In this document: piece by piece, positions 1-9,671 of the stretch
Layout: every line of letters starts with the position of its first letter
Position numbering within the stretch: position 1 is the first letter of the stretch
DNA from: a virus
Reading direction: 5' to 3' (one strand)
DNA length: 64,000 nt
UHGV virus genome: UHGV-1370141
Position numbers and translations under genes: made by a program
Notes under the pieces: model-generated
What the model saw: the letters and a program-made list of their open reading frames with translations, nothing else
Database searches by the model: none
What the model was told of the DNA's origin: nothing

Positions 1-167
1 GGTATGGGAGACGAACTCTTTTGAGTCTGGGGAGCTTCGGCTCCCCCTACGACCCCTTATGCGTCCCGAAAAGCAAAAAAAAAACAGAAGGCTTATTAAT
101 TATGAACGGAAGATAACTACTGAACTAAGTAGGGGGTGTCGCCGCACCCCCTTTATTAGTTAGTAAC

Positions 168-383
168 TTACCTCCTTACAGGCGGTTGGTGAACATTGTG
201 GTTGTTAACCGTTTTCGGTGCCGCAACGAGGCCGAGACGAACATATTCGTCCATGCGTTGGTTAAACTGAATTTGTTTTTCACGATTTCGCATCGCGGTA
301 TTGAACAGCTGTATTTGATAATCGTTCATTTTCATTACCTTTCGTAATGTTGTAAAAACGTCAACAACTTTATGTGTTGACAC
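168..383 (-). CDS. hypothetical protein (71 aa)
   Basis: ORF track; followed by GC hairpin ~132-151. Confidence 0.4.
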   Translation of the reverse strand: MSTHKVVDVFTTLRKVMKMNDYQIQLFNTAMRNREKQIQFNQRMDEYVRLGLVAAPKTVNNHNVHQPPVRR

Positions 384-685
384 CGTACAGTAGAGACTGG
401 CGAAACAGTCTCTACTGCTTTAACTTCTCTTTGGAAAAGTTAAAGCTATGATAAGGGGTGTGTCACCACCCCTTGTTTTTTATCAGTTACTTCTCCTTTC
501 AACTATCAACTGGGTGTTTCTTGGATAAGCAACTTTGGGCTGAGTTAACGTTGGTTGCGCTATTTCACTAACCCTTCGTTGAAATTCGAGCTGTTTTACG
601 GACAACTCGTTTAACCTTTGAAACAACTGTTCATGTTTCATGAACTTTTCTCCTATGTTGAAGTTGCGAAAATAAATAAAGTGTA

Positions 686-711
686 CCCCTAATCCTTTTC
701 GGGATTAGGGG
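686..711 (-). terminator. rho-independent-type terminator hairpin
   Basis: CCCCTAATCC-TTTTC-GGGATTAGGG stem-loop just downstream of the 718 stop; A-run on plus side (T-run on transcribed strand). Confidence 0.5.
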
Positions 712-717
712 TTGCTT

Positions 718-1533
718 TTATTTAGTCGCTACGTATTGAACATGACCACATCCCTTACATTGCACATTGGCTTGCGGGAATGTTAGGCCGGTTAAAGGAA
801 CACGGATTTGATACTGTGCTCCACATTCTTCACAAACAAAATCGTGTTCTGGATAAACACGACCTTTCAATTTCTCATCCTTCCTTAACGTTTCAGCCAG
901 GAAATGCATGGCTCCTAACGCTTCATTAATCTGCTGTTCCCATTCACCGTCTAACGGATATGCGAAAGCACGAATCAACGTTTCCACCATCTCTGGCTTA
1001 TTGCTCACGTAGACGTGTTTCAATTCAAACTCTACACGTTGTAGACCGAACAGCACACGTGCAGTTACCGTTACATTATCTAACGTTTGTGAGAACACAC
1101 CGGTGTTGTCGTCTGCCTGTAATACAAATTCGGAGGCACGCTCGTAGTCAATATCACTCCACTCCACCAACCGTACGTTTTGTATTGCTTCTGCGACTTT
1201 AGGGTTACCGTAAATAGGATGTAGCAGAAAACCCAGGATAACTTCATTCATTGCTTTTAATCGCTCTAAGCGTACTACTGGGTCAGTATTAACCACGAGC
1301 AAGCGTAAAAGCCTGGACTTCAGCCAGCTAAGGCCGCAAGAAACGTTTACAGCAACCGTACAGACACTTACTTCTTTAGGCTCGAGGAGAATGAAACTCG
1401 GTTTACCTCCTACATTAGTTAGGTAAATAACAAACTCACCGCTATTAGACTTACTGATGATTTCCATCGAATCCGCTGGTACGAAATGGTCACTACTGAT
1501 GCCGGTCGGAAAATAGTCTTTGATAGTTTTCAT
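718..1533 (-). CDS. hypothetical protein with C-terminal CxxC...CxxC zinc-ribbon
   Basis: 271-aa ORF; C-terminal CEECG...CKGCG. Confidence 0.6.
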   Translation of the reverse strand: MKTIKDYFPTGISSDHFVPADSMEIISKSNSGEFVIYLTNVGGKPSFILLEPKEVSVCTVAVNVSCGLSWLKSRLLRLLVVNTDPVVRLERLKAMNEVILGFLLHPIYGNPKVAEAIQNVRLVEWSDIDYERASEFVLQADDNTGVFSQTLDNVTVTARVLFGLQRVEFELKHVYVSNKPEMVETLIRAFAYPLDGEWEQQINEALGAMHFLAETLRKDEKLKGRVYPEHDFVCEECGAQYQIRVPLTGLTFPQANVQCKGCGHVQYVATK

Positions 1534-1550
1534 TTAAAAATACTCCGATA

Positions 1551-1582
1551 GATAAAAAATTAAGGGCACCCGAAGGTGCCTT
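1551..1582 (-). terminator. terminator hairpin after lipoprotein gene
   Basis: plus-strand A-run then AAGGCACC-CGAA-GGTGCCTT. Confidence 0.5.
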
Positions 1583-1587
1583 ATACA

Positions 1588-1731
1588 TTAACCACGACCA
1601 GTGCACTGCGCAACGGAGTTACCGTTGTCGATGCAAGTGTCGTAGCCTTTATCGATATCCAGGTACAGGCAACCCAGAACAACAGCGATAACAACAGCGA
1701 AGATAGCTTTTTTGTGTTTTACAGAAATCAT
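1588..1731 (-). CDS. small lipoprotein (47 aa), not in ORF track
   Basis: MISVKHKKAIFAVVIAVVLGC...: signal peptide ending in lipobox L-G-C, two further Cys; RBS TAGGAG 7 nt upstream of ATG. Confidence 0.5.
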   Translation of the reverse strand: MISVKHKKAIFAVVIAVVLGCLYLDIDKGYDTCIDNGNSVAQCTGRG

Positions 1732-1779
1732 GATATAGCTCCTAATTAGGTATTCGATAAATGAGTATTACGTAATTCT

Positions 1780-1803
1780 CTCACCTAAGTAATATATATC
1801 TGA
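1780..1803 (-). promoter_or_regulatory. AT-rich promoter-like motif (class 1)
   Basis: transcribed strand TCAGATATATATTACTTAGGTGAG ~50 nt upstream of lipoprotein ATG; near-identical copy at 9569-9593. Confidence 0.45.
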
Positions 1804-1967
1804 AAATATTTTAATTAAAACACCCTCTAAAACGCGCTGTATCGCATTCTGACGACCTTTTATTTTTTAAACACCATTAATCGTCTTAAGGTGTAAAACA
1901 GCGTCTAAGACGCGTTTACGAGTAAATAAAAGGACATCCCGTTACCCACGAAGGTAACGGGATAATT

Positions 1968-2774
1968 TTACATCACTTGCATTTTGTTCACGACCGCAAG
2001 TTCTTCATCAGCAATACCGCTTTTCGATGAGATCGTAAAACGTTTATCGTTGATGACTTCTACGGCGTCACGAATATGCAGACCTTTCTCTTCAGTAATC
2101 GGGAGGATAGAATCGTTATCCTGCGGGCCGATTAACTGACAAGTAAACGGTACGTACGCGTTAAACGTGATATACGGACCTAGTTGCATAACCGGGAACA
2201 CTTCGTTGAAGTTGCTTGCCATTCCGCTGTCAGACGAAATTACTGCGTAACGAACAACAGCACGTAACGCAATGGTGTTTTCAGGATCGCGTGCTTCGCC
2301 AATCATCGTGAAACGGAAAGCATTGAACTCATAGTCGTCAGACTCAGCAAAATGCGTCGGAAGCAAACGTTCGATATACTTCGGATACGTTTCTGGTTCT
2401 CCTGGAACTACCGCATTCGCCAACTTCTGTGCGTAGAAATAGCAATACGCGAAACCGTACTGCGCTTCCAGTGCTCCCGTCACTACCGCAGTCGTGATTG
2501 CGTGCAAGAACAACAAATTACCCAAAGAACCTTTTTCTTCAATCGGTAATAAGCGATGGCCCTGTACTCCGTCAACCGTGTAGATAACAGAGACCGTTTT
2601 GTCAGCAGAAGACGCCATGACGAAATCTAGCTGACAATGCTCGCCGCCTGGAATAACCTTTAAGCAACGTTCTAACAGTTTGGACGGTTTAGCGAAATGT
2701 TCTTTTTCGTACTCGTCAATCTGCATTAACGTTTGACCAGACATGCGGAAAGTAAGTAAATTGCTCATTAACAA
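1968..2774 (-). CDS. hypothetical protein (268 aa)
   Basis: ORF track; RBS context AACCTAAAGGA before ATG. Confidence 0.6.
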   Translation of the reverse strand: MLMSNLLTFRMSGQTLMQIDEYEKEHFAKPSKLLERCLKVIPGGEHCQLDFVMASSADKTVSVIYTVDGVQGHRLLPIEEKGSLGNLLFLHAITTAVVTGALEAQYGFAYCYFYAQKLANAVVPGEPETYPKYIERLLPTHFAESDDYEFNAFRFTMIGEARDPENTIALRAVVRYAVISSDSGMASNFNEVFPVMQLGPYITFNAYVPFTCQLIGPQDNDSILPITEEKGLHIRDAVEVINDKRFTISSKSGIADEELAVVNKMQVM

Positions 2775-2800
2775 ATCCTTTAGGTTGCTGTCGACATAAC

Positions 2801-4120
2801 TTACGTTGTGGATGTAAAATTTTCATTAGTCAGCCACAACGTCAACTGACTAATGGTATTAAACCGTGGTGATGCCGCTGAACCACCATCAATTGCACCT
2901 TGGAAAACTTCTGCAACTAATGTTCCGTAACGCGTGTATACACCATAGTTATTCGCATAAATGTATTTTACTGCCATCCCAGGACGGAGTAAGCCGTACG
3001 TTGATGCGTTCCAGGTTGTTGCTGTTAGCGTCCCTTTCGCCGCCGCCAACTTAGACCGTTGCGGTTTATCTGTGTCCGAGAAGTGTTGGTTCGGGTCTAT
3101 TGGTGCGTTAACTACCCCACCTGGATATTGCGTCGGATCAGCCGCTGACACGAACGAATCTGACGTTGTAGCAGAAACATCGCCTGACGAGAAAGAAGAC
3201 GCACGGCCATCCAACGCACGGATAGACCCCACACGATAACCGGTACCTTGGTTTAGTGCTAGGGAGTCTTTATCTTCGAAGGTGTGGACATCACCACCAC
3301 ATATCAGGTAAATCACGTCACCGTCAATGTGGCAGGTCTTATTCAGATACGCTGCTTTCTCTTTCGGTAGGTTTATAATCACCAGCTTATTCTTCGCTGA
3401 TGAAAACTTCTTAGAGTCCCAAGGTTGGAAAATATACCAACGGTGTTTGTAGAGGAACACCCCCAGCCCTTGGCTATAAACCCCGTAACGATTCTGAAGG
3501 TAATCGAACACAGACAGGAAACTTTCCGAGTCAGGAATCAAAATATCCCGATAGGGCTGTTGCTCCTCTTCCTCGTACTCCACACCCACCAACTGACCTT
3601 CTGGCGCATCACCAGTAGGTAACGTATCTGCCAACAGTGCACGAACAACACTAAGGCCATCTGTCTCGTGATAAATCCCACCGACTTGACGGCAACGTAA
3701 GAACCACATCGACTCGTCCATCAACTCCAGGGTGACGACCGCTAACGCTTTCTGGTCAGACTCACCTAAGAACATCGTGGGCGATTCCATATCGGGATCG
3801 TGGTTGTTCACGACGATACCCCGATAGTCGAGTTTCGCAACGGTTTTCTTGTTCATTGTCCGCATTAGAATTTTCACAGACAAATCCCCGTCTGCGGAAG
3901 ACGTTAACACACGCTGTTGGCTTAACGGTATCATCACGGTAAGATGGGTGATAGTCGTTAAGTCCTGTGCGAAGTTACTGGCATGGATTATCGACAACGT
4001 TTTAAATACGCTGATAACTGTCCCACGTACCGTAATGATAGGTACGTATTCGATGGCCGGTAATCCCGCCGCTTGTGCAATATGCACGTTTGCTATGTTC
4101 TGTAACCGACCAAACGACAT
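2801..4120 (-). CDS. hypothetical protein (439 aa)
   Basis: ORF track, tightly packed in operon. Confidence 0.6.
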   Translation of the reverse strand: MSFGRLQNIANVHIAQAAGLPAIEYVPIITVRGTVISVFKTLSIIHASNFAQDLTTITHLTVMIPLSQQRVLTSSADGDLSVKILMRTMNKKTVAKLDYRGIVVNNHDPDMESPTMFLGESDQKALAVVTLELMDESMWFLRCRQVGGIYHETDGLSVVRALLADTLPTGDAPEGQLVGVEYEEEEQQPYRDILIPDSESFLSVFDYLQNRYGVYSQGLGVFLYKHRWYIFQPWDSKKFSSAKNKLVIINLPKEKAAYLNKTCHIDGDVIYLICGGDVHTFEDKDSLALNQGTGYRVGSIRALDGRASSFSSGDVSATTSDSFVSAADPTQYPGGVVNAPIDPNQHFSDTDKPQRSKLAAAKGTLTATTWNASTYGLLRPGMAVKYIYANNYGVYTRYGTLVAEVFQGAIDGGSAASPRFNTISQLTLWLTNENFTSTT

Positions 4121-4659
4121 TACAGTATACCTCCCCTTTTACGATAAATCGCTTCTATACGTCGCATTATCGTATCGTTAAAACGGTGTTGCTGCGTTTC
4201 TAAACGCACCTCTCCAAATAACGCTTGTACCGACGTCGCCATCGTCACTTCCGGTTTCTTAAAATAACCGTATCGGTTAGCAACGGGAAAGAGTTTACAT
4301 GCTAAGGCGTTGAACTGTCGGAGTCCTTCTATCGGCACTTTACGCGTCGTCAGATGAGGCTCTTGCATGTAATGTAACCAATCTGCTAGGTGTTCCATGA
4401 TATACCCGTAAACGATAATACCATCTTTCGGATCGTGAACATCTAACGCAGCACCGGTCTCTGCATACACCGCCACTTCAAATGGCCGCATATACACCGT
4501 TTTCTTGTTCAACAAAATCGCTCGTGCTTTCTTTTCGTCATCCGGCAAGAACAATCCGTGTTCTTGCGACATATACTGGGTAATGGTTGTCCATTCAGGA
4601 ACCCGCCATGCTACCCACTTATGGAACAGCATAAATGCTGCACTACGTTTCACTGACAC
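4120..4659 (-). CDS. hypothetical protein (179 aa)
   Basis: ORF track; abuts neighbours. Confidence 0.55.
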   Translation of the reverse strand: MSVKRSAAFMLFHKWVAWRVPEWTTITQYMSQEHGLFLPDDEKKARAILLNKKTVYMRPFEVAVYAETGAALDVHDPKDGIIVYGYIMEHLADWLHYMQEPHLTTRKVPIEGLRQFNALACKLFPVANRYGYFKKPEVTMATSVQALFGEVRLETQQHRFNDTIMRRIEAIYRKRGGIL

Positions 4660-4660
4660 A

Positions 4661-6031
4661 TTAATCCCTCGAATATCTTAAAAGCAGATACACCATCGGA
4701 ATGTAATAGAACTGTGCGTCTTTCGGGAGCTTATAAACTTCCTCAAACAGTTTTAACGCAATTACCGACGGTAGCGGACGTTTATGCAGGTACAAGTACA
4801 AGCCGTATTCCAACAACGAACTGTAAGAACCGTCGTAGAACGTCTCGCTTAGCAAATACGGTTTAAAGGACAGCGGTAGGAAGGCCGGAATAGACTCCCC
4901 TTCGTTCCCACGATAGTTTTCAACTTCAACCGGTTCAAACGGTTTCCATTCTGGCCACTGACCGGGGAAACGTTGCGCCATCCCGTAACCTGGCTTTAAC
5001 TCTTCCGTAAAGAACCGGGTATCAGAGATCAACGACCACGTTACCGAGTTACGATGTTGCATCGTACGGAAAGTTTTCGTTTGCCACACCGTGCTGTCAC
5101 GTTTGTAATCTGCTAAGAACGTTGGCGACTGTTGCATCAGCGCTGTCCACACCGTTTCAATGTCTTCCACGTTCATCGGTGGATGCGGATAAATCTGAAT
5201 ATCCTTACCTACGGTACGTAACCCCAGCGCGCGCACAAACAGCGCTAAGAACACGTCGTAGTAAGCACGGCTACGCAAACCGTCGCTGTGACGATCGTGT
5301 GGGAACAACAGCGTGGCCGTTTCACCGTCGTAGAAACGTTTCACATACGTCTGTTCAATGTCTTCAATCGCGTCAACGACTTCCAGGAACGCACGGTACT
5401 CTTTCGGTGTGAGAAGTGTATCACCACCTGTCCAGGCACGCTCTGCAACGTAGTAGTATTCACGTACGGTACAACGACGAATCGTTTCTGCGGTTTCTGG
5501 GTCAACTTCGAAGAGTAACGTGTATTCGATGTTGTACGTCGCGACTTTGTTATTCGACATACGCACAACGTTGGTAACGTTAAACAACGCGAAACGACCG
5601 TCACCGATAGGGGCGATGAAAAAGCAACCCTCGTTAGGGATAATCGAATTTGCAATTGTTGCAGCGCCTGACATGCTGAACGTTTTGTTCGTGGTGTCTT
5701 GGCTTCGGTCGAGCGGTGTCGTTACACGCAGCTCCAACCCGATAATTTTCTCCACCTGTTGGTCAGGTGTAAGCACTTTCGAATCGAAAAACTTCTTGGC
5801 GTCGTTTCTTCCTTTCAGGAAGTTAAAGAAGTCCACCGTCCACGCTGACCCTTCCAGATACTTCATTAAGTATTGCTTTGGAATACGGTCTAAATCAGTA
5901 ACGGTTGTACGTGTGGGTTGCGTAACGATATTGGTGGTTTCTTTTACACCGTCCTGTGGTTTATTTAATTCGGGGATAGGCCGGTCTACGGGTTCAAATG
6001 TTGACGGCTTATCACGCTTCGCTTTGAGCAT
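4661..6031 (-). CDS. hypothetical protein (456 aa)
   Basis: ORF track. Confidence 0.6.
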   Translation of the reverse strand: MLKAKRDKPSTFEPVDRPIPELNKPQDGVKETTNIVTQPTRTTVTDLDRIPKQYLMKYLEGSAWTVDFFNFLKGRNDAKKFFDSKVLTPDQQVEKIIGLELRVTTPLDRSQDTTNKTFSMSGAATIANSIIPNEGCFFIAPIGDGRFALFNVTNVVRMSNNKVATYNIEYTLLFEVDPETAETIRRCTVREYYYVAERAWTGGDTLLTPKEYRAFLEVVDAIEDIEQTYVKRFYDGETATLLFPHDRHSDGLRSRAYYDVFLALFVRALGLRTVGKDIQIYPHPPMNVEDIETVWTALMQQSPTFLADYKRDSTVWQTKTFRTMQHRNSVTWSLISDTRFFTEELKPGYGMAQRFPGQWPEWKPFEPVEVENYRGNEGESIPAFLPLSFKPYLLSETFYDGSYSSLLEYGLYLYLHKRPLPSVIALKLFEEVYKLPKDAQFYYIPMVYLLLRYSRD

Positions 6032-7520
6032 TCTCTGTCCCTCGCATGGTAATCACAGTCGAGTTCAGCACCGTCAGCAAGACGCGGGCTTCTACGTTAG
6101 GAATCAGTTTATTAATGTCGTCGACAACACTGGGCGGTAATACGGGTTTATCCCACCACCAGTCCGGTACATCCCATTTCGGGAATAACCATTCTATCAA
6201 CACCTTCGCGGCTTTAGGATAAAGCTGAAGTGGCCACAGGTTCATCCCTCGCCAGTCGAACATCACCGATTCGGTTAGGTAGTAACTCTTGTTAACTTTT
6301 AAATCACGTCCTTTCAAAAAGAAGGTATTGTCTTCCCAATGATAGAAACGCGGTTCGATGATTTGGCCTTCTTCGAACAGCTCCACACGGAAGACGCCTG
6401 TCTGCCCGGTAGGGTCTATTGCACGACAGTGTTCGATATACGGCAACAAATCTGGATTCCACTCGTACGGTAAATCCTCCACAGATAACACTTTCGGTGA
6501 GCTCATGTTGTCTTCATCGAATACAACGTCTGTTCCGAAAACGTGTAAGAGTTTATCTTTTAACGGGGAATGTGTACGGTGGAACTGTTCTGTCGGTGAC
6601 AGTAGATACGGTAAACGAATATACTGACGGGTTTCGTTAATCCACCACGTCGAATCGAGATTCTTTTGTTGCGGATGACGATACACCAGTTCTTCGTTAG
6701 ACACCCACGGTGGATCTATCTCTGGCCAGTATTCATCAGGAAGCGGTGTCTGGTTGATGATATACGGATACGAAACCACAATCTCTTCGGGACGTTGATA
6801 AGAGAAACGCACGACGAATGTAGCTTCCCAGTGGTTCTCGTCTTTATCCCAGGCAGGTGTCTGTACGTCGTATACAGTCTCTAAGCGAGTAGGTGCATAG
6901 CGAACCGCAATAGATTCCTGTCCACCGGCAACGTTAGCAGCGCGAAACACGTCGGGTGTAAAGTACGCCTTGAGATAGGCTTTAAAATCATCAAACGTCG
7001 GTACACGAGTCCCTGCGGCGACATAACAGGCATTCAACAGTTTCAGTGCTGGCTTCGGAATATAATAAAACGCTTCTGACTCGGTCATTGTCGAATAGCG
7101 ACCCATGTCCACTAACGAGTCTAAACGGTTTGTCCAGCGCAATAACTCATCGCGAGAAGCACTGGTACGTCGTAACGTCACCGTTACGTTATACATCGTT
7201 CTAACGGGCCAGGCACGCACCTGATCGACGGAGTTTTCAAAAAAGTACGGTTCGGCTTGCTGACCAACCTGGCGATTGATTCTAGCCCACTCATCGCGTT
7301 CTTCTTCTACTTCAACATACACCTTTTCAGGCGAGCTGTACTCAACTTCTGTACCGTCGCCTAACGTGGAATCGGGTTGATGTGCGCTATTGAATTCATC
7401 AAGGAAAACAACCGCTGCTTTATCAATACCTGATTCATTAAGTACACGTTGTATAACGCCATCGATTATCGGTTTGCGAATGGTCGCGTCTAACGACGGA
7501 ATTTCAAAATACTGTTGCAT
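6012..7520 (-). CDS. hypothetical protein (502 aa)
   Basis: ORF track. Confidence 0.6.
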   Translation of the reverse strand: MQQYFEIPSLDATIRKPIIDGVIQRVLNESGIDKAAVVFLDEFNSAHQPDSTLGDGTEVEYSSPEKVYVEVEEERDEWARINRQVGQQAEPYFFENSVDQVRAWPVRTMYNVTVTLRRTSASRDELLRWTNRLDSLVDMGRYSTMTESEAFYYIPKPALKLLNACYVAAGTRVPTFDDFKAYLKAYFTPDVFRAANVAGGQESIAVRYAPTRLETVYDVQTPAWDKDENHWEATFVVRFSYQRPEEIVVSYPYIINQTPLPDEYWPEIDPPWVSNEELVYRHPQQKNLDSTWWINETRQYIRLPYLLSPTEQFHRTHSPLKDKLLHVFGTDVVFDEDNMSSPKVLSVEDLPYEWNPDLLPYIEHCRAIDPTGQTGVFRVELFEEGQIIEPRFYHWEDNTFFLKGRDLKVNKSYYLTESVMFDWRGMNLWPLQLYPKAAKVLIEWLFPKWDVPDWWWDKPVLPPSVVDDINKLIPNVEARVLLTVLNSTVITMRGTENAQSEA

Positions 7521-7609
7521 TGGCTTGTTCCTTCGTTATAGTCATATCACAGGCGCGAAATGAAAAAAAAATAAAAGGGAACCGAAGTCCCCTTTTATGT
7601 TTATCTGTG

Positions 7610-7945
7610 CTATAACAGATAAGGTATACCCTCAAAGATAACCTCATCGTTAGCAAAGCCAACAGACGCTTCTTCACCGCCAGATGTGGTCGCCCAGATC
7701 TCCGCCGCAAAACGATGATTATTAATCAACAATCCGCGTTTGTTTTCGAACAACACGACCAAGACCAGCTTGATGCTTTTCTCGTAGTGTAAACGACGTA
7801 GAAACGCGTATTTTACGGGAGTACGGTTCCAAGTGAAACTGGCTATCTTCCCTTTCGCGACGCTGCCTAAAAAGAGTTTTTCTAAGGTTACAAACTCAGT
7901 TCCCATCTCTTTTCCAAATCTGATAATGCCAACGCGGAATACCAC
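7610..7945 (-). CDS. hypothetical protein (start probably internal, ~7906)
   Basis: ORF track; 5' end overlaps the DHFR gene end, internal Met likely true start. Confidence 0.4.
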   Translation of the reverse strand: MVFRVGIIRFGKEMGTEFVTLEKLFLGSVAKGKIASFTWNRTPVKYAFLRRLHYEKSIKLVLVVLFENKRGLLINNHRFAAEIWATTSGGEEASVGFANDEVIFEGIPYLL

Positions 7946-8432
7946 TTTCGGGTTTCGAATAATGTGTCAGGTTGTAATTCAGTCTGAAGACATCGCGATC
8001 GATTTCAGGGAAGAACGCATCCGCACCCTCTACCTTAACCTCAACACGAGACAAGTAAATCTTATCCGCATAAGGCATCGCCTGTTGGTAAATCTCTGCG
8101 CCGCCAATAATAAAGATTTCTTTCGGGTAATCTTTCTCCACGACCTCTTTCTTGAGAAACTCAATAACCGACCCCATGTCACCTTTAAGGTTCAACACAC
8201 CGTCGATGTCAGGAACACCTCCTTGTTTTCGTGTTAAGATAACATGGTGACGGTTCGGTAAAGGTTTATACCCCAACGATTCCCACGTCTTACGTCCCAT
8301 CACGATAACCTTACCTGACGTAAGTGCTTTGAAGTTCTTCAAGTCATCGGGAATATGCCAAGGGAGTTTATTGTCTTTCCCTATTTCATTATTAAGTCCC
8401 GCTGCTGCAATCAACGATACAGTAACTGTCAT
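7896..8432 (-). CDS. folA: dihydrofolate reductase
   Basis: SLIAAAGLNNEIGKDNKLPWHIPDDL...VIVMGRKTWESLG matches the DHFR N-terminal signature (recalled E. coli FolA / T4 Frd pattern). Confidence 0.85.
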   Translation of the reverse strand: MTVTVSLIAAAGLNNEIGKDNKLPWHIPDDLKNFKALTSGKVIVMGRKTWESLGYKPLPNRHHVILTRKQGGVPDIDGVLNLKGDMGSVIEFLKKEVVEKDYPKEIFIIGGAEIYQQAMPYADKIYLSRVEVKVEGADAFFPEIDRDVFRLNYNLTHYSKPESGIPRWHYQIWKRDGN

Positions 8433-8734
8433 TTCACAACTCCCATCGACTCTCTTAATTTCCGAATAAATGCTTTACGTGTAAGCTGACTGGTTTTGTA
8501 ACCGTCAGCAAGATGCCAAACGGTTACTTTTCGTCCAGCCGCCTCTAAATGAAGATAATTAATCTCACCTGTCCCCGTTTTGATTGGTTCGGCAAGCGGT
8601 ACCATCAACTCACCGTTCCACTCAGGCTCGTTTAGCTTAGGGATAACTAAACGTAATTCGATACGTTTAACCTGGTACTCGGTTTCACACTCTTCAAAAC
8701 GTATCACGTCTATTCGGTCGGCTCTCGGATTCAT
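8429..8734 (-). CDS. hypothetical protein (101 aa)
   Basis: ORF track; overlaps neighbours by 4 nt. Confidence 0.5.
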   Translation of the reverse strand: MNPRADRIDVIRFEECETEYQVKRIELRLVIPKLNEPEWNGELMVPLAEPIKTGTGEINYLHLEAAGRKVTVWHLADGYKTSQLTRKAFIRKLRESMGVVK

Positions 8735-8735
8735 C

Positions 8736-9287
8736 TTAACCTTCCATGTATTGTCTTATTCCGTACTCTGGTTCAATGTTTGAAACAGTTGAAGAAGGCA
8801 CCACGGACAACTGGTTATAGATTTTCAGTAAGTCGTCACGCAGCAGTTTTTGTTCGATATCCAGTTTGTAGGAAGCCAATTCTTTCGTTAACGGCGCAGT
8901 TAACACAACACGGGTCTGGTATCCGTCGAACGGTTGCGGGACACGGAGACCACGAGCACGATAGAAAGATTCTAACTTCGAGTAGTCGCGAATATAAGTT
9001 TTGGTTAGAATCGAATACCCTGCATCAAGCATGAACTTATAGAACGGTTTAAGTTCAATAAAACGGTTATACTCGAGGTGTTCTGGAATATAGAACTGAT
9101 AGTTACCGTACTCAAGAACTGACAACGCCGAACCGTTGCAATGGCTGTTGTTAACGAATATCGCTAAGCCAATCATAACTGGACGCGGAATATTCAGAAC
9201 TTTCTCACCGAACTGAACACGAAAGATTTCTTGCTGAATAGAAGACTCGGATACAACTTTAGCGTCTAAGATATTAAATTTGTTCAT
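8736..9287 (-). CDS. hypothetical protein (183 aa)
   Basis: ORF track; RBS CCTTTAGGAGAATAGAA-ATG; no ThyA/ThyX motifs seen. Confidence 0.55.
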   Translation of the reverse strand: MNKFNILDAKVVSESSIQQEIFRVQFGEKVLNIPRPVMIGLAIFVNNSHCNGSALSVLEYGNYQFYIPEHLEYNRFIELKPFYKFMLDAGYSILTKTYIRDYSKLESFYRARGLRVPQPFDGYQTRVVLTAPLTKELASYKLDIEQKLLRDDLLKIYNQLSVVPSSTVSNIEPEYGIRQYMEG

Positions 9288-9341
9288 TTCTATTCTCCTA
9301 AAGGTCGAAAAAATAAACGCCCTCTAGAGAGGGCCAATCAG

Positions 9342-9545
9342 TTATAGCGCTTTAATAAAACGTTTTACTGCCTGAACCTCTGGGCACTGAGAAACTTCTT
9401 TTCGCTTGTGCGCTATGATGGGTGTCACTAAGCAAACGACATCAGCGGTTGGTGTTTCCACAGTGACCACCATATCTTCGGTTGTCTGGAATTCTTTCTT
9501 GGATTGGAAGCGGTTCATGATAATTCTCCTAAACGTAATAAACAT
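9342..9545 (-). CDS. hypothetical protein (67 aa)
   Basis: ORF track; 5' leader hairpin GAGATTAC-ACA-GTAATCTC directly upstream, no obvious SD. Confidence 0.45.
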   Translation of the reverse strand: MFITFRRIIMNRFQSKKEFQTTEDMVVTVETPTADVVCLVTPIIAHKRKEVSQCPEVQAVKRFIKAL

Positions 9546-9568
9546 GTCGTAAGAGATTACTGTGTAAT

Positions 9569-9593
9569 CTCACTAAGGTAATATATATCTGAG
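9569..9593 (-). promoter_or_regulatory. AT-rich promoter-like motif (class 1)
   Basis: CTCAGATATATATTACCTTAGTGAG on transcribed strand, ~25 nt upstream of 9545 start. Confidence 0.45.
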
Positions 9594-9606
9594 TTTATTT
9601 TTAATC

Positions 9607-9655
9607 GAAAAAAAAAAGAAAAGGGAGAACCACCCCATTACAGGGTGGTTCTCTT
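9607..9655 (-). terminator. terminator hairpin
   Basis: A-run then GAGAACCACC-loop-GGTGGTTCTC, downstream of 9672 stop. Confidence 0.55.
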
Positions 9656-9671
9656 ACTAAACAATCAGAGA

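Noticed and set aside
8736-9287. Thymidylate synthase next to DHFR
   Set aside because: Neither ThyA nor ThyX signature motifs are present.
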